A program made the translations under genes and the position numbers. The notes below the pieces were generated by a model, which worked only from the letters and a program-made list of their open reading frames with translations, made no database searches and was not told where the DNA came from. Shown in pieces: positions 19,192-29,455 of a stretch of DNA of 64,000 nt; the stretch's first letter is position 1, and every line of letters begins with the position of its first letter. The stretch is from contig CALDHX010000013.1 of assembly GCA_937901525.1 (NCBI GenBank), forward strand, positions 1,515 to 65,514, in the 5' to 3' direction. Origin of the DNA: an uncultured Bacteroidales bacterium. Lineage in GTDB: Bacteria; Bacteroidota; Bacteroidia; Bacteroidales; P3.

Positions 19192-20661
19192 TCATCGTAA
19201 CTGCAATAAATAAAGCTCTCTTTTCAATCCCAAGGATTCAAATTTTAATAACAAACTATCTTTTTTGTATTCCTTAAAATCTATTTCGCAAGTGTTTAAA
19301 AGGCTTGAACGAGACAAAGGAGTCTCTGCTCCAATAACATCTGTAATTATTTTTTTTGATTTTATTTCTTCTTTATTATATTTGTGAGCATAAATTACCT
19401 TTGGCATATTTTCCTTAGAATACTTATAAAGATAAAGATTCTCTGAGGCAGGTTTATCAAGCAAAACAAAAGTTGCATCGGGGTGAGTTTTCATCATTTC
19501 AACTATTTCTTCATTGCAAGAAAACTTACAAAACTTTTGAGGAATTAGTGCAAAACAAGTATTCCACAAAAGAAAAGCCAATCCAATGAAAAGCATAGCT
19601 TTGTGATTTGCAAAATAGTGAGTATAAAGCATAATAAGAATAAAAGGAATCATTATCATAAATTCTGCATTCCCATTAGAAAAAGCTGCAAAAAGAAATG
19701 ATAGAGCAAGAATTAACCAAAGAATTTTGACAAATTTTTTCTCATTATAAAGCGAAAGAGTGTGTTTTTTATTCTTTACAAAGTTTACGATTCCAAAAAC
19801 AAAGAAAAAAACAAAAAAAACAAAGAAAAAAACAAAAAAAGTAAAGAAAAAATTTAAAAAAACAAAGATATTTCCGTGCACTTGTAAGAACGTGCGAATC
19901 AGGCTAATAGAAGAGAGCAATAATACTTGTTTTAAATCGGGAGATTGAGCATAACCTTGAATGTAATCGTGAAGAACAAACGAGAAAAGAGCATTTAAAC
20001 TCAATTGATTAGTCTCAACAAAACAACAAATTGCGTAAACTATCGGTATTATTAAACTTATAAGAATGAAATACAAAACATATTTTCCTCTTTTGTTTAG
20101 CAACAAAGCTATAAACAAAGACAGATAGACTAAAATACTAAGTTGATGAGACAAACAAGCAATTACTATCGATAAAGACATTTTTATTAAACGTAAAATC
20201 GTATTTTCAGCAAGAAAGACTTGTAAGTAATAGATTGAAAGCATAGAAAAAAACAACGGAAGTATGTATGCTTCATTGTCAGTTGCAAATCGCATAAATC
20301 CAAAACAAGCCCCACAAAACACTATTGCAGAAAAAATAAAGTTTTCATTACGATTCACTCTCTTGATTATTCGCCTCAGCACAAGTAAAGTACCACAAGC
20401 CATTAGTGCGTTAAAGGTTTGAAAAATTGTTATCGGTTCAATATTTGTAAAAGCAAAGAGAGAGTAAATCAAACGACACACCCAGCAATATAAAAGATGA
20501 TGAGGACGTAATAACTCTTCGCCATGCAAAGATGAATAGGCATAAGAATAAGAATCGGACGTAGGGTTGTTTGACAAAAAAAAGATGTACAAAACCGCAA
20601 AGCCTACTACTGCCAAGTAAGAATAATTATATTTTAATTTGTTAAAGATTCGCAACTTCAT
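19192..20661 (-). CDS. Polytopic membrane protein, function unknown (GT-C-like topology is only a guess)
   Basis: 489 aa with many hydrophobic helices. Contains an in-frame 5 x 21-nt repeat encoding heptads rich in Phe and Val. Confidence 0.65.
   Translation of the reverse strand: MKLRIFNKLKYNYSYLAVVGFAVLYIFFLSNNPTSDSYSYAYSSLHGEELLRPHHLLYCWVCRLIYSLFAFTNIEPITIFQTFNALMACGTLLVLRRIIKRVNRNENFIFSAIVFCGACFGFMRFATDNEAYILPLFFSMLSIYYLQVFLAENTILRLIKMSLSIVIACLSHQLSILVYLSLFIALLLNKRGKYVLYFILISLIIPIVYAICCFVETNQLSLNALFSFVLHDYIQGYAQSPDLKQVLLLSSISLIRTFLQVHGNIFVFLNFFFTFFVFFFVFFVFFFVFGIVNFVKNKKHTLSLYNEKKFVKILWLILALSFLFAAFSNGNAEFMIMIPFILIMLYTHYFANHKAMLFIGLAFLLWNTCFALIPQKFCKFSCNEEIVEMMKTHPDATFVLLDKPASENLYLYKYSKENMPKVIYAHKYNKEEIKSKKIITDVIGAETPLSRSSLLNTCEIDFKEYKKDSLLLKFESLGLKRELYLLQLR
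19779..19883 (-). repeat. Five 21-nt-phased CAAAG-cored units inside the CDS
   Basis: c/t of (C/T)AAAG at 19779, 19800, 19821, 19842 and 19863, with exact 21-nt spacing. Two central units are near identical (caaagaaaaaaacaaaaaaaa / caaagaaaaaaacaaaaaaag). Confidence 0.85.
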
Positions 20662-20720
20662 TGCAAAAAGTTTTTTTTGTTTAATTCAATTGTTTATAAC
20701 GACAAAATCAATAAAAAACG

Positions 20721-20728
20721 TATATTTG
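20721..20728 (+). promoter_or_regulatory. -7 box TATATTTG for dnaG
   Basis: Exact TAnnTTTG ending 10 nt before the ATG, which implies a very short leader. Confidence 0.5.
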
Positions 20729-20738
20729 CAAAAGAATT

Positions 20739-22709
20739 ATGATAAAAAGAGAGGATATAGATAAGATTATTAACGCTGCTCGAATAGAAGAAGTAGTAGG
20801 CAGTTTTGTTGAACTTCGCAAAAGAGGTGTCAATTACATCGGTTTATGTCCTTTTCACAATGAAAAAACACCTTCTTTCAACGTAAACCCAGCCAAAGGT
20901 ATATTTAAATGTTTTGGATGTGGTGAAGGAGGCGACTCTGTTGCTTTTTTAATGAAGCACGAGCATTATACATATCCGGAAGCCTTACGTTGGTTGGCCA
21001 ATAAGTATGGAATACAAATAGAAGAGCAAGTCTTAACACAAGAAGAAGTAGCTCAGCAAAGCGAAAGAGATAGGATTTATCAAATAAACGACTTTGCACA
21101 AAAATATTTTCAAGAAACACTTTTTTCGGACAATGAAGGAAAAAGCATAGGTTTATCTTACCTAAGAGAAAGAGAACTTTCTGAGGAGACAATCAAACGT
21201 TGGGGAATAGGATACTGTAAAGATGCTGGCGATGATTTTTCAAAAAAAGCCTTAGCAAGGGGATTTACAAAAGAAGACCTTGTAAGTGCTGGCGTAAGTC
21301 TTATAAACTCAAACGATGGTAGCCTTTACGATAGATTTCGTGGCAGAGTATGTTTTCCTATTTATAATGTAGGGGGTAGAGTTTTAGGTTTTTCGGCACG
21401 AACTTTGAGAACAGATAAAGTAAAAGCCAAGTATGTGAACTCTCCTGAGAGTTTGATTTACTCAAAAGGTAAAGTATTGTTCGGATTGCATCTTGCCAAA
21501 AACGAAATCGTAAAACAAGACGAGTGTTTCTTGGTTGAGGGTAATATGGACGTTGTTATGATGAGTCAAAACGCTGTAACAAATGTCGTAGCAACTTCCG
21601 GGACAGCCTTAACCGAAGATCAAATAAGACTAATCAAGCGATACACAAAAAATGTTACGCTTTTATATGATGGAGATAGTGCAGGAATAAAAGCAACCTT
21701 TAAGGCTGTGAATCTTCTCTTAGAACAGGGTTTACATGTGAAGACTTTACTTTTCCCCGACAACGAAGACCCTGATTCTTTTGCAAGAAAACATACGCAA
21801 GATGAGTTTAAGAATTTTATAAAAAGCAATGCAGAAAACTTTATTCTTTACAAAACTAATCTTTTGCTTGCAGATGCGAAAGGTGATCCAATAAAACGAG
21901 CAGATTTAACAAGAAATATTGTAGAGACTATTGCTTTAATTCCAGATTTATTGGAAAGGAATGCTTACTTACAACAATGTAGTAAACTGCTTGATGTAAA
22001 AGAAGAAATACTTAGTGCAGAACTTTCAAAAATTCTTAGAAACAAAGCCGTCAAAGAGTCTTTAAAGCAACCTGAAAGCGAAAATCAACCAAGCGAATTA
22101 GAGCAAACGCCTATTGTAAAGCCGGTTGAAATTGCTAATAACGATATTGAATACAATAAAGAAAAGGCTATAATTTCTGTTTTATTCAATTACGCAAATC
22201 AAGTTACTACACAAGAGGTTTTTAACAAAGATGGAGATAAAGAAAACAGAGATTTATATGTTGCAAACTACATTGTATGCGATATTTTCAATGACAACAT
22301 TGCTTTTAGTAACGAATTGTTTAATGAAATCTTTACAACGTATAAGGATTGCATTTACAACGCAGAGGGTTTGCCAGAATTAAGATTTTTCATCTCACAT
22401 CAAAATCCAGAAATTGCGAAATTGGCAACAGATTTAGTTATGACGCCATACGTAGTTAGTCCAAATTGGGAAGAAAAAAATGAAATAAAAGTGCCACGCC
22501 CTGAAAACAAAGAAACAATGGACAAATACGTCAAAGACACCCTTCTTGATTTTAAATTATATAAAATAAACGGATACATAGAAGACGTAAAAAAAAGAAT
22601 TCCCCTTGCAGAAGGCGAATTTCAAATTGAGTTGCTAAATCTATTACAAAATTATCTCAACATAAGAAATGATATTGCAAAACTCTTAGGCAGAGTTTTT
22701 ATACCTTAA
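20739..22709 (+). CDS. dnaG: DNA primase
   Basis: Zinc ribbon CPFHNEKTPSFNV...FKCFGCGEGGD, a TOPRIM region (VEGNMDVV, LLYDGDSAG), 656 aa. Confidence 0.95.
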   Translation: MIKREDIDKIINAARIEEVVGSFVELRKRGVNYIGLCPFHNEKTPSFNVNPAKGIFKCFGCGEGGDSVAFLMKHEHYTYPEALRWLANKYGIQIEEQVLTQEEVAQQSERDRIYQINDFAQKYFQETLFSDNEGKSIGLSYLRERELSEETIKRWGIGYCKDAGDDFSKKALARGFTKEDLVSAGVSLINSNDGSLYDRFRGRVCFPIYNVGGRVLGFSARTLRTDKVKAKYVNSPESLIYSKGKVLFGLHLAKNEIVKQDECFLVEGNMDVVMMSQNAVTNVVATSGTALTEDQIRLIKRYTKNVTLLYDGDSAGIKATFKAVNLLLEQGLHVKTLLFPDNEDPDSFARKHTQDEFKNFIKSNAENFILYKTNLLLADAKGDPIKRADLTRNIVETIALIPDLLERNAYLQQCSKLLDVKEEILSAELSKILRNKAVKESLKQPESENQPSELEQTPIVKPVEIANNDIEYNKEKAIISVLFNYANQVTTQEVFNKDGDKENRDLYVANYIVCDIFNDNIAFSNELFNEIFTTYKDCIYNAEGLPELRFFISHQNPEIAKLATDLVMTPYVVSPNWEEKNEIKVPRPENKETMDKYVKDTLLDFKLYKINGYIEDVKKRIPLAEGEFQIELLNLLQNYLNIRNDIAKLLGRVFIP

Positions 22710-22745
22710 TCATTCTTTTATCTGAATTATAAGGAATATTATAAA

Positions 22746-22784
22746 TAAAAAGTCCGAGACGTTTTTTGCATCTCGGACTTTTTA
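22746..22784. terminator. Bidirectional rho-independent terminator between dnaG and the convergent lipoprotein gene
   Basis: aaaaagtccgaga-(11 nt)-tctcggacttttt: 9-bp GC-containing stem flanked by A5 and T5. Confidence 0.7.
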
Positions 22785-22807
22785 AGTTTTTATTTCTTGA
22801 ATCCTTT

Positions 22808-24637
22808 TTAGTTATTTACTATGTCTTGGAATTCTATCAACGATTGGTAACGTCTAAATTCTAAATCGTGTTTTGCTTGATACTTATATGCAGGTTCTTG
22901 TTGACACGCTTCTCTTAGATTCTTTAACAATCCTGGAACATCGTCTAATCTTGCATAGCAAACTGCTCTTAAATAATGTACTTCTGAGGTTTGGTCCATG
23001 CAACAATCTAATGTACGAATTGCATTTCCTGTATTTCCTGTTAGAAGTTGAAGTAATGCTAAATTGTATGTGCATTTTCTTCCGTCAAGTTGTTCTGCTG
23101 CTTCTTCGTATCTTGCTTGTTTGATTAGGATTATTGCTTGATTCATTTCTGCTTGGTCGTTGCCTGCTTCTATTGCTCTTTGTACGTATTGATCTGCTAA
23201 TTCTATGTCTTTATATGCTAATGCCATTAAAGATAGGTTTGCTAATATCATTCCGTTGTTTGGAGATAGTTTGTCGGCTGTTTCCAAAAATCTTTTAGAG
23301 TCTTCTAATTGATTTAGATATAATGCAATTGCTCCTGCGTTATTCCAACCTGCCCATTCTGATGCAAATCTTTCTGTTGCAGCTGTGTATATTTGCAATT
23401 TACTTGCGTAATTGTGTGTTAGTGATGCTGCATACATCAATTCATCAAATGTAAGATTGTCTGGATTTGTTATAGCCATTTTGGCTACTTCTTGTTCTGT
23501 TTTTTGTACTCCTGAGAAATTAAATGCTATTTCACCTCTTCTTAATGTAGGTAATATCTCACTTTCTATTTGATTAAAGATTACAGACATATTTCTGATT
23601 TCTTGTTCTCTTCTTATTCTGTCTGGTTGTGATTTTACTACATTGATAACTGTGTTCTTTTCTCTTAATGATGAACCTTCTACTAATCGTAGGAAGTTTT
23701 CCCAGTCTTCTCCTTTTGCACTTGAAGTGATAACTACATCTTGTTTTGCTTCTTCAACGTATTTTTGAATGTCTGCTTTTTTAACATTTTCTATTTTAGC
23801 TCTTTCTGTTAAAGCTTCTGTCAACATTCTATCAACAAGGTTTACTACTGCTTCTGCTCTTTTTTTGGAAAGACCTATATTGAAGGTTTCTTCTCCTTCT
23901 GGTGATGCCCATGCATTAACGAATATTTGACGAGGTACTTGGTTATTTACTATGTAACTCTTCATGCTTTCGTAATTCTTTTTGGCATCCATTTGTTTAT
24001 TTAGCTTGTTATTCCAATTAACTTCTGACATGTTTACGGTGAAGTAAACGTCTGTTGCCATAATTTCATCTGTTCTGACATTGTAATTGGAAGGTGCAAT
24101 GCTTAAATCTCCTCTTATGTCTACTCTGTTTGAGGTTGAGTTTATGCCTTCTGTAATTTTTACATTTCCTAATTTGATTGCTCCTGGATTTTCCATTGCT
24201 TCACTCCAAGTTGCATTTGCTTCATTTACTTCTGAGGCTTTATATGCTATTGGATTTAGGAATAATTTGGCACTTTCCATTCCTTGGCGATAAGCTACAG
24301 TATCTTTGTATACAAATCTTCCTCCCGATTTCTTTTCTATTGTCTTTCCATTCCCTTCTACTTTTGAGCCTTTAAGGTTCATTGGCGATAAAATTACTTC
24401 TCCTGTTTCCCATGTTAAAACAGGTTGTAAGTAAACTACAGCTTTCTTTTGAAAGTACTTTTCTGGTATGCTACCATTTATTGTTACTATCACTCTATCC
24501 GCATGTACTTCCATAGGATTAGGTGATATTTGGTATCTCACTTCATTGTGTTTTGTTTGCATCGTTTTTATACTTCCACAAGAAGCTATTAATAGAACTA
24601 TACTGAGGAATGTTAATACTGATACTGTTTTTCTCAT
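22808..24637 (-). CDS. Lipoprotein with OmpA-like peptidoglycan-binding signature and C-terminal TPR repeats
   Basis: Lipobox LLIASCGS. WASPEGEETFNIGLSKKRAEAVVNLV resembles the OmpA_C motif. The C-terminal third has TPR-like helical repeats. Confidence 0.65.
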   Translation of the reverse strand: MRKTVSVLTFLSIVLLIASCGSIKTMQTKHNEVRYQISPNPMEVHADRVIVTINGSIPEKYFQKKAVVYLQPVLTWETGEVILSPMNLKGSKVEGNGKTIEKKSGGRFVYKDTVAYRQGMESAKLFLNPIAYKASEVNEANATWSEAMENPGAIKLGNVKITEGINSTSNRVDIRGDLSIAPSNYNVRTDEIMATDVYFTVNMSEVNWNNKLNKQMDAKKNYESMKSYIVNNQVPRQIFVNAWASPEGEETFNIGLSKKRAEAVVNLVDRMLTEALTERAKIENVKKADIQKYVEEAKQDVVITSSAKGEDWENFLRLVEGSSLREKNTVINVVKSQPDRIRREQEIRNMSVIFNQIESEILPTLRRGEIAFNFSGVQKTEQEVAKMAITNPDNLTFDELMYAASLTHNYASKLQIYTAATERFASEWAGWNNAGAIALYLNQLEDSKRFLETADKLSPNNGMILANLSLMALAYKDIELADQYVQRAIEAGNDQAEMNQAIILIKQARYEEAAEQLDGRKCTYNLALLQLLTGNTGNAIRTLDCCMDQTSEVHYLRAVCYARLDDVPGLLKNLREACQQEPAYKYQAKHDLEFRRYQSLIEFQDIVNN

Positions 24638-24675
24638 TTTCCTTTTTATTGTTTATTATTATTTATAGTTAAGTA

Positions 24676-24951
24676 TTATTCGTTAACCACTTCTATTAAA
24701 ACATCGTTTTTGCTTACAATTTGTCCTTTTTCTATATTAACGCTCTTTACTACGCCATCTATTGTTGAACAAATTTGATTGTCCATTTTCATTGCGTGTA
24801 AGCAACATAATGGTTCGCCTTTTCTTACTTGTTGCCCTTCCTTTACAAACACTTCTAATATTGTTCCTGGAATAAATGCATATATTTCACCCGGAGCAAC
24901 TTTAACATATAGTTGTCTGTAATGAGTTCTTGTATTTTTATTTTCTGCCAT
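24676..24951 (-). CDS. Biotinyl-domain protein (biotin carboxyl carrier, 91 aa)
   Basis: Biotin attachment motif CLHAMKMDNQI within a lipoyl/biotinyl fold-sized protein. Confidence 0.85.
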   Translation of the reverse strand: MAENKNTRTHYRQLYVKVAPGEIYAFIPGTILEVFVKEGQQVRKGEPLCCLHAMKMDNQICSTIDGVVKSVNIEKGQIVSKNDVLIEVVNE

Positions 24952-25008
24952 TTCTATTTCTTTTTTAATTAATGAGACTTTTTTGTTCCTTTTTTATTTT
25001 TGTATATT

Positions 25009-26556
25009 TTAGAATGGTGGCAATCCATGTTTCTTTTGTGGATTTTCTTGCACCTTATTCTTACACATTTCTAAGGCATGCACAATGTAATCTCTTGTTT
25101 CTGCTGGTTGTATTACCGCATCTACATATCCGTAAGAAGCTGCCACGTATGGATTAGCGAATTTTTGTTTGTATTCTGCTATTTTTTCTTTACGTGTTTG
25201 CTCTGGATTTTCTGAATTCATTATTTCATTTCTAAATACAATGTTTGCTGCTCCTTCAGGTCCCATTACGGCAATTTCTGCAGTTGGCCATGCAAATACG
25301 AAATCTGCTTTCAAGTGTGAAGAACACATTGCTATATATCCTCCTCCGTATGCTTTTCTTAATATTACTGTTATTTTTGGAACAGTTGCTTCTGAATATG
25401 CATAAAGAATCTTTGCTCCATGACGAATAACTCCAGCGTGTTCTTGATCCACTCCTGGAAGATAACCTGGTAAATCTTCTAATGTTACTAATGGAATATT
25501 GAATGCATCGCAAAATCTTATGAATCTTGCTGCTTTATCTGATGAGTTACAGTCCAAAACACCTGCTAATGCTATTGGTTGATTAGCTACGAATCCTACT
25601 GTATCTCCATTTATTCTAGCAAATCCTATTACTATATTTGGAGCAAATAATTCTTGTACTTCCAAAAATTCAGAACCATCTACTATACTCTTTATGATAT
25701 TTCTAACATCATACGGTTGCGCTGGATCTGATGGGAAAATATTACTTACTTGATAATCTTCTATTCTTGGAGTTTTTGACGCAAAAGATTCTGCTTTCTT
25801 TGTATTGTTCCAAGGAATATATGTAAACAAACTCTTTATTTGGTCAAAACATTCTTGTTCGCTTTCTGCAAAGAAGTGAGCATTACCTGATATTTCAGCA
25901 TGTACTCTTGCTCCTCCTAAATCTTCTTGTGATATTTCTTCTCCTAATACAGTTTTTATCACTTCTGGTCCTGTGATAAACATCTTTGATATTTTATCCA
26001 CAACAAACACAAAGTCTGTCAATGCTGGCGAGTAAACAGCTCCTCCTGCACAAGGTCCAAGTATAACTGAAATTTGAGGAATTACTCCTGAGGCCATTGT
26101 GTTACGATAGAAAATATCTCCATAACCTGACAACGCATTAACCCCTTCTTGTATTCTAGCTCCACCCGAGTCGTTAATTCCCACTATAGGAATCCTTAAC
26201 TTCATGGCGTGATCCATTATTTTACATATCTTTTTAGCATGCATTAATCCAAGAGAACCTCCTGCTACTGTAAAGTCTTGTGCATATATACAAACAGGGT
26301 ATCCATTTATTGTTCCTGTTCCTGTTACTACACCATCGCCTGGAAGTTCTTTCTTTTCCATTCCAAAATCACGTCCAGCGTGTTGTATGAATAAATCATA
26401 TTCATGAAATGAACCTTCATCTAATAATTGAACTATTCTTTCTCTTGCTGTAAGTTTTCCAGTCGCTTTTTGCTTCTCTATTGCTTTCTCCCCTCCTCCT
26501 TGAAGCACTACTTGCATTCTCGACTTCAACTCTTGTGTCTTATTATTTACTGACAT
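25009..26556 (-). CDS. Acyl-CoA carboxyltransferase (methylmalonyl-CoA decarboxylase alpha / propionyl-CoA carboxylase beta family)
   Basis: 515 aa with conserved blocks GKLTARERI, AQDFTVAGGSLG, GINDSGGARIQEG and GPCAGGAVYSPALTDF. Confidence 0.92.
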   Translation of the reverse strand: MSVNNKTQELKSRMQVVLQGGGEKAIEKQKATGKLTARERIVQLLDEGSFHEYDLFIQHAGRDFGMEKKELPGDGVVTGTGTINGYPVCIYAQDFTVAGGSLGLMHAKKICKIMDHAMKLRIPIVGINDSGGARIQEGVNALSGYGDIFYRNTMASGVIPQISVILGPCAGGAVYSPALTDFVFVVDKISKMFITGPEVIKTVLGEEISQEDLGGARVHAEISGNAHFFAESEQECFDQIKSLFTYIPWNNTKKAESFASKTPRIEDYQVSNIFPSDPAQPYDVRNIIKSIVDGSEFLEVQELFAPNIVIGFARINGDTVGFVANQPIALAGVLDCNSSDKAARFIRFCDAFNIPLVTLEDLPGYLPGVDQEHAGVIRHGAKILYAYSEATVPKITVILRKAYGGGYIAMCSSHLKADFVFAWPTAEIAVMGPEGAANIVFRNEIMNSENPEQTRKEKIAEYKQKFANPYVAASYGYVDAVIQPAETRDYIVHALEMCKNKVQENPQKKHGLPPF

Positions 26557-26597
26557 AATATAATTATTTAGATTGAACTCTATTTATAAAATTTCGG

Positions 26598-26605
26598 CAA
26601 AGATA
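26598..26605 (-). promoter_or_regulatory. -7 box TATCTTTG (minus strand) for the carboxyltransferase operon
   Basis: caaagata on the plus strand, 42 nt upstream of the ATG at 26556. Confidence 0.5.
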
Positions 26606-26673
26606 CAAAAAAAAGTTTTTTTGTTAACAATTATACATAGTAAAAACGTTTTTAATCAAAGTTTGTTCTTTGA

Positions 26674-28551
26674 TTATCTACCAATATAAACTATTAAAAC
26701 AGATATATCCGCAGGAGAAACTCCACTTATTCGTCCTGCTTGACCTATTGTTTTAGGTCTGATTTTCGATAATTTCTCTCTTGCTTCAAATGATAAAGAT
26801 TTTAAAGCATGATAATCAAAATCTTCTTTTATTACTAAATTTTCATAATGCGCTAACTTGCTTACTATTTCCTCTTCTTTTTTTATGTAACTCTCGTATT
26901 TTACAAGGATTTCTGCACATTCCTCCACTTGTGTTCTTATTTCAAGCGGAGTTTTATTTATTTCACTATTAAGATATGGAACTTTGCTTTTTAGTAATTC
27001 TAAATTAACTTGTGGCCTTAATAATAATTGTGAAAGTTTTGTTTTCTGATTTATTGATGGAGTATTTAATTCTTTAAAACTTTCGTTAACTTCTTCTGGA
27101 AAGGCACTATTATTTTTAATAAAACAGACTATCCTATTTATATTTTCTTGTTTAGACTCCATCTTTTTCAATCTGTCTTCACTTGCTAATCCTATTGAAT
27201 GTCCTATTGGAGTAAGTCTTTGATCCGCATTATCTTGACGCAACAATATTCTATACTCTGCTCTTGAAGTAAACATTCTATATGGTTCATCTACTCCTTT
27301 TGTTATTAAGTCATCTATTAAAACTCCTATATAACTTTCAGAACGTTTTAAAACTATCGGCTCTCTATTCTTTACAAACATACAAGCATTTATACCAGAT
27401 AACAAACCTTGAGCACCTGCTTCTTCATATCCTGTGGTACCATTTATTTGACCCGCAAAAAATAACCCCTTGATAAGCTTTGTCTCTAAATTAGATTTTA
27501 ACTGCGTTGGAGGAAAATAATCATACTCTATTGCATAACCTGGTTTTTGAATTATAGCTTGTTCAAAACCAGGTATTCTTCTTAATGCTTTGTACTGTAT
27601 GTTTAATGGTAAAGATGAAGAGAAACCATTTATATAATACAAGTTACTATGCCTTGATTCTGGTTCTATGAATAATTGATGTTTATTTTTATCTGAAAAT
27701 CTTTCTATTTTATCTTCTATTGAAGGACAATATCTCGGACCTCTACCTTGTATTCGTCCTTGAAACATCGGAGATTTTTCAAAACCTTCTCTTAATATAT
27801 TATGAACCTCATCATTCGTATAAGCAAGATAGCAACTATTTTGTTCTATATATTCTATTTTAGAAGTAACGAAAGAAAATTGCTCTGGATTCTCATCTCC
27901 TTTTTGTTCTTGAAGTACCGAAAAATCTATCGTATCTCCAACTACCCTCATAGGTGTTCCTGTTTTTAATTTTTCTACTTCAAATCCTATTTCTTGCATT
28001 CTATTAGACAATCCTCTTGATGATTCTTCTCCTATTCTTCCACCCTCAAAATTAGTTTCTCCTATATGTATTTTACCATTTAAAAATGTCCCATTTGTTA
28101 AAATAACTGTTTTTGATTCTATTTTCAATCCTATTTTTGTAACAACCCCCTCTACTGCTCCACTATTGATTATTAAATCAACCACTTCATCTTGCCACAA
28201 TTGTAGATTAGGAACATTCTCAAGATATTTTCTCCAAGATATTCCAAAAGTAATATTATCCACTTGTGCTCTCGGACTCCACATCGCAGGACCTTTGCTT
28301 CTATTTAGCATTCTAAATTGCATCGTATTTTGATCTGTTACTATTCCAGACAATCCTCCTAACGCATCTATTTCTCTAACTATTTGTCCTTTAGCGACTC
28401 CTCCCATAGCTGGATTACAAGAAAGCTGTGCGATACTATTTAGATTTTGTGTTATAAGTAACGTTTTCGCACCTATCAATGCAGAAGCTCTTGCAGCTTC
28501 ACAACCTGCATGACCTGCCCCCACTACGATTACATCAAATTTTTGAAACAT
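26674..28551 (-). CDS. mnmG: tRNA uridine-5-carboxymethylaminomethyl modification enzyme
   Basis: FDVIVVGAGHAGCEAA FAD motif and full-length GidA pattern, 625 aa. Confidence 0.97.
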   Translation of the reverse strand: MFQKFDVIVVGAGHAGCEAARASALIGAKTLLITQNLNSIAQLSCNPAMGGVAKGQIVREIDALGGLSGIVTDQNTMQFRMLNRSKGPAMWSPRAQVDNITFGISWRKYLENVPNLQLWQDEVVDLIINSGAVEGVVTKIGLKIESKTVILTNGTFLNGKIHIGETNFEGGRIGEESSRGLSNRMQEIGFEVEKLKTGTPMRVVGDTIDFSVLQEQKGDENPEQFSFVTSKIEYIEQNSCYLAYTNDEVHNILREGFEKSPMFQGRIQGRGPRYCPSIEDKIERFSDKNKHQLFIEPESRHSNLYYINGFSSSLPLNIQYKALRRIPGFEQAIIQKPGYAIEYDYFPPTQLKSNLETKLIKGLFFAGQINGTTGYEEAGAQGLLSGINACMFVKNREPIVLKRSESYIGVLIDDLITKGVDEPYRMFTSRAEYRILLRQDNADQRLTPIGHSIGLASEDRLKKMESKQENINRIVCFIKNNSAFPEEVNESFKELNTPSINQKTKLSQLLLRPQVNLELLKSKVPYLNSEINKTPLEIRTQVEECAEILVKYESYIKKEEEIVSKLAHYENLVIKEDFDYHALKSLSFEAREKLSKIRPKTIGQAGRISGVSPADISVLIVYIGR

Positions 28552-28982
28552 TATTTCTTATTTAAAAGAGTTAAAAGTTCAGATAAGCACTCATCTTCCA
28601 ATCTTCTCATATTTTTACTTTCTTCTTTTGTTTTATCTTTAAAACCTAAAAGGTGTAAAACACCATGAATTATTACTCTATGCAATTCATCTAAATATGA
28701 AAGTTCTAATATTTTTGCATTATCTCTTATCCTATCAATAGATATAAAAATATCACCTGAAACGTTCTCCGTCTCTGAATAATCAAATGTTATAACATCT
28801 GTATAATAATCATGATTTAGAAATTCCTTATTTATATCTAACAATTGGTCATCTGAACAAAAAATATAAGAGATGTCTCCCATCTCTTTATTGTTAGCCT
28901 CAATAGTGTTTTTTATCCATTGTTTTAAAACCATTCTATTCTTTAAAGTAAAAGTAGTTTGAAACGAAAAGTTAATTCCCAT
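28551..28982 (-). CDS. ybeY: rRNA maturation endoribonuclease YbeY
   Basis: Zinc motif HGVLHLLGFKD, 143 aa. Its stop shares one nt with the mnmG start codon. Confidence 0.9.
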   Translation of the reverse strand: MGINFSFQTTFTLKNRMVLKQWIKNTIEANNKEMGDISYIFCSDDQLLDINKEFLNHDYYTDVITFDYSETENVSGDIFISIDRIRDNAKILELSYLDELHRVIIHGVLHLLGFKDKTKEESKNMRRLEDECLSELLTLLNKK

Positions 28983-28987
28983 AAGAC

Positions 28988-29455
28988 TTAAATATTTTGA
29001 TGCATTCTAATTAAATTGAATTGTTTAATTTTTTCTTGTCTGTCCACAAGTAATTCTGGTTGTATCCCATTTACAAAAAACAACACTTCTACCTTCCTCC
29101 CTTCTTTTGTTATTATCACTTGATCGCTTAACCTTGAAATCAGAAATACATTCAAATTGGTATCTTCGTCCATTTCCATATCTTTATTAAATATATATTG
29201 TGAAAATATTTCATCTTCACATTCAACAGAAAAGCTAATACCTCCTACACATTGTTCAAAATAAAACGATATTACCTTATTACTAAAGGCACTTCCATAA
29301 TACGAAATTATTAAGTCTAATATCTGTTCAATTGAAACAACTATCGCACCATAATAACAACTAATATTGTGTTCCTGACAAATATTCTCTACCAAACTCT
29401 CTATCTTTGAGATCTGATTTAAAGAAATTTTACTTTTATAACTTTTTGCATCCAT
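28988..29455 (-). CDS. Hypothetical cytoplasmic protein (155 aa)
   Basis: ORF with no signal peptide. Abuts the 1126-aa gene with zero gap (29455/29456). No motif I can name. Confidence 0.6.
   Translation of the reverse strand: MDAKSYKSKISLNQISKIESLVENICQEHNISCYYGAIVVSIEQILDLIISYYGSAFSNKVISFYFEQCVGGISFSVECEDEIFSQYIFNKDMEMDEDTNLNVFLISRLSDQVIITKEGRKVEVLFFVNGIQPELLVDRQEKIKQFNLIRMHQNI

Noticed and set aside
28988-29455. The 155-aa orphan might be an RsbW/SpoIIAB-like anti-sigma kinase, given the N-box-like ESLVENICQEH.
   Set aside because: No glycine-rich G1/G2 ATP-lid motifs are present, and the resemblance rests on a handful of residues. It is left as hypothetical.
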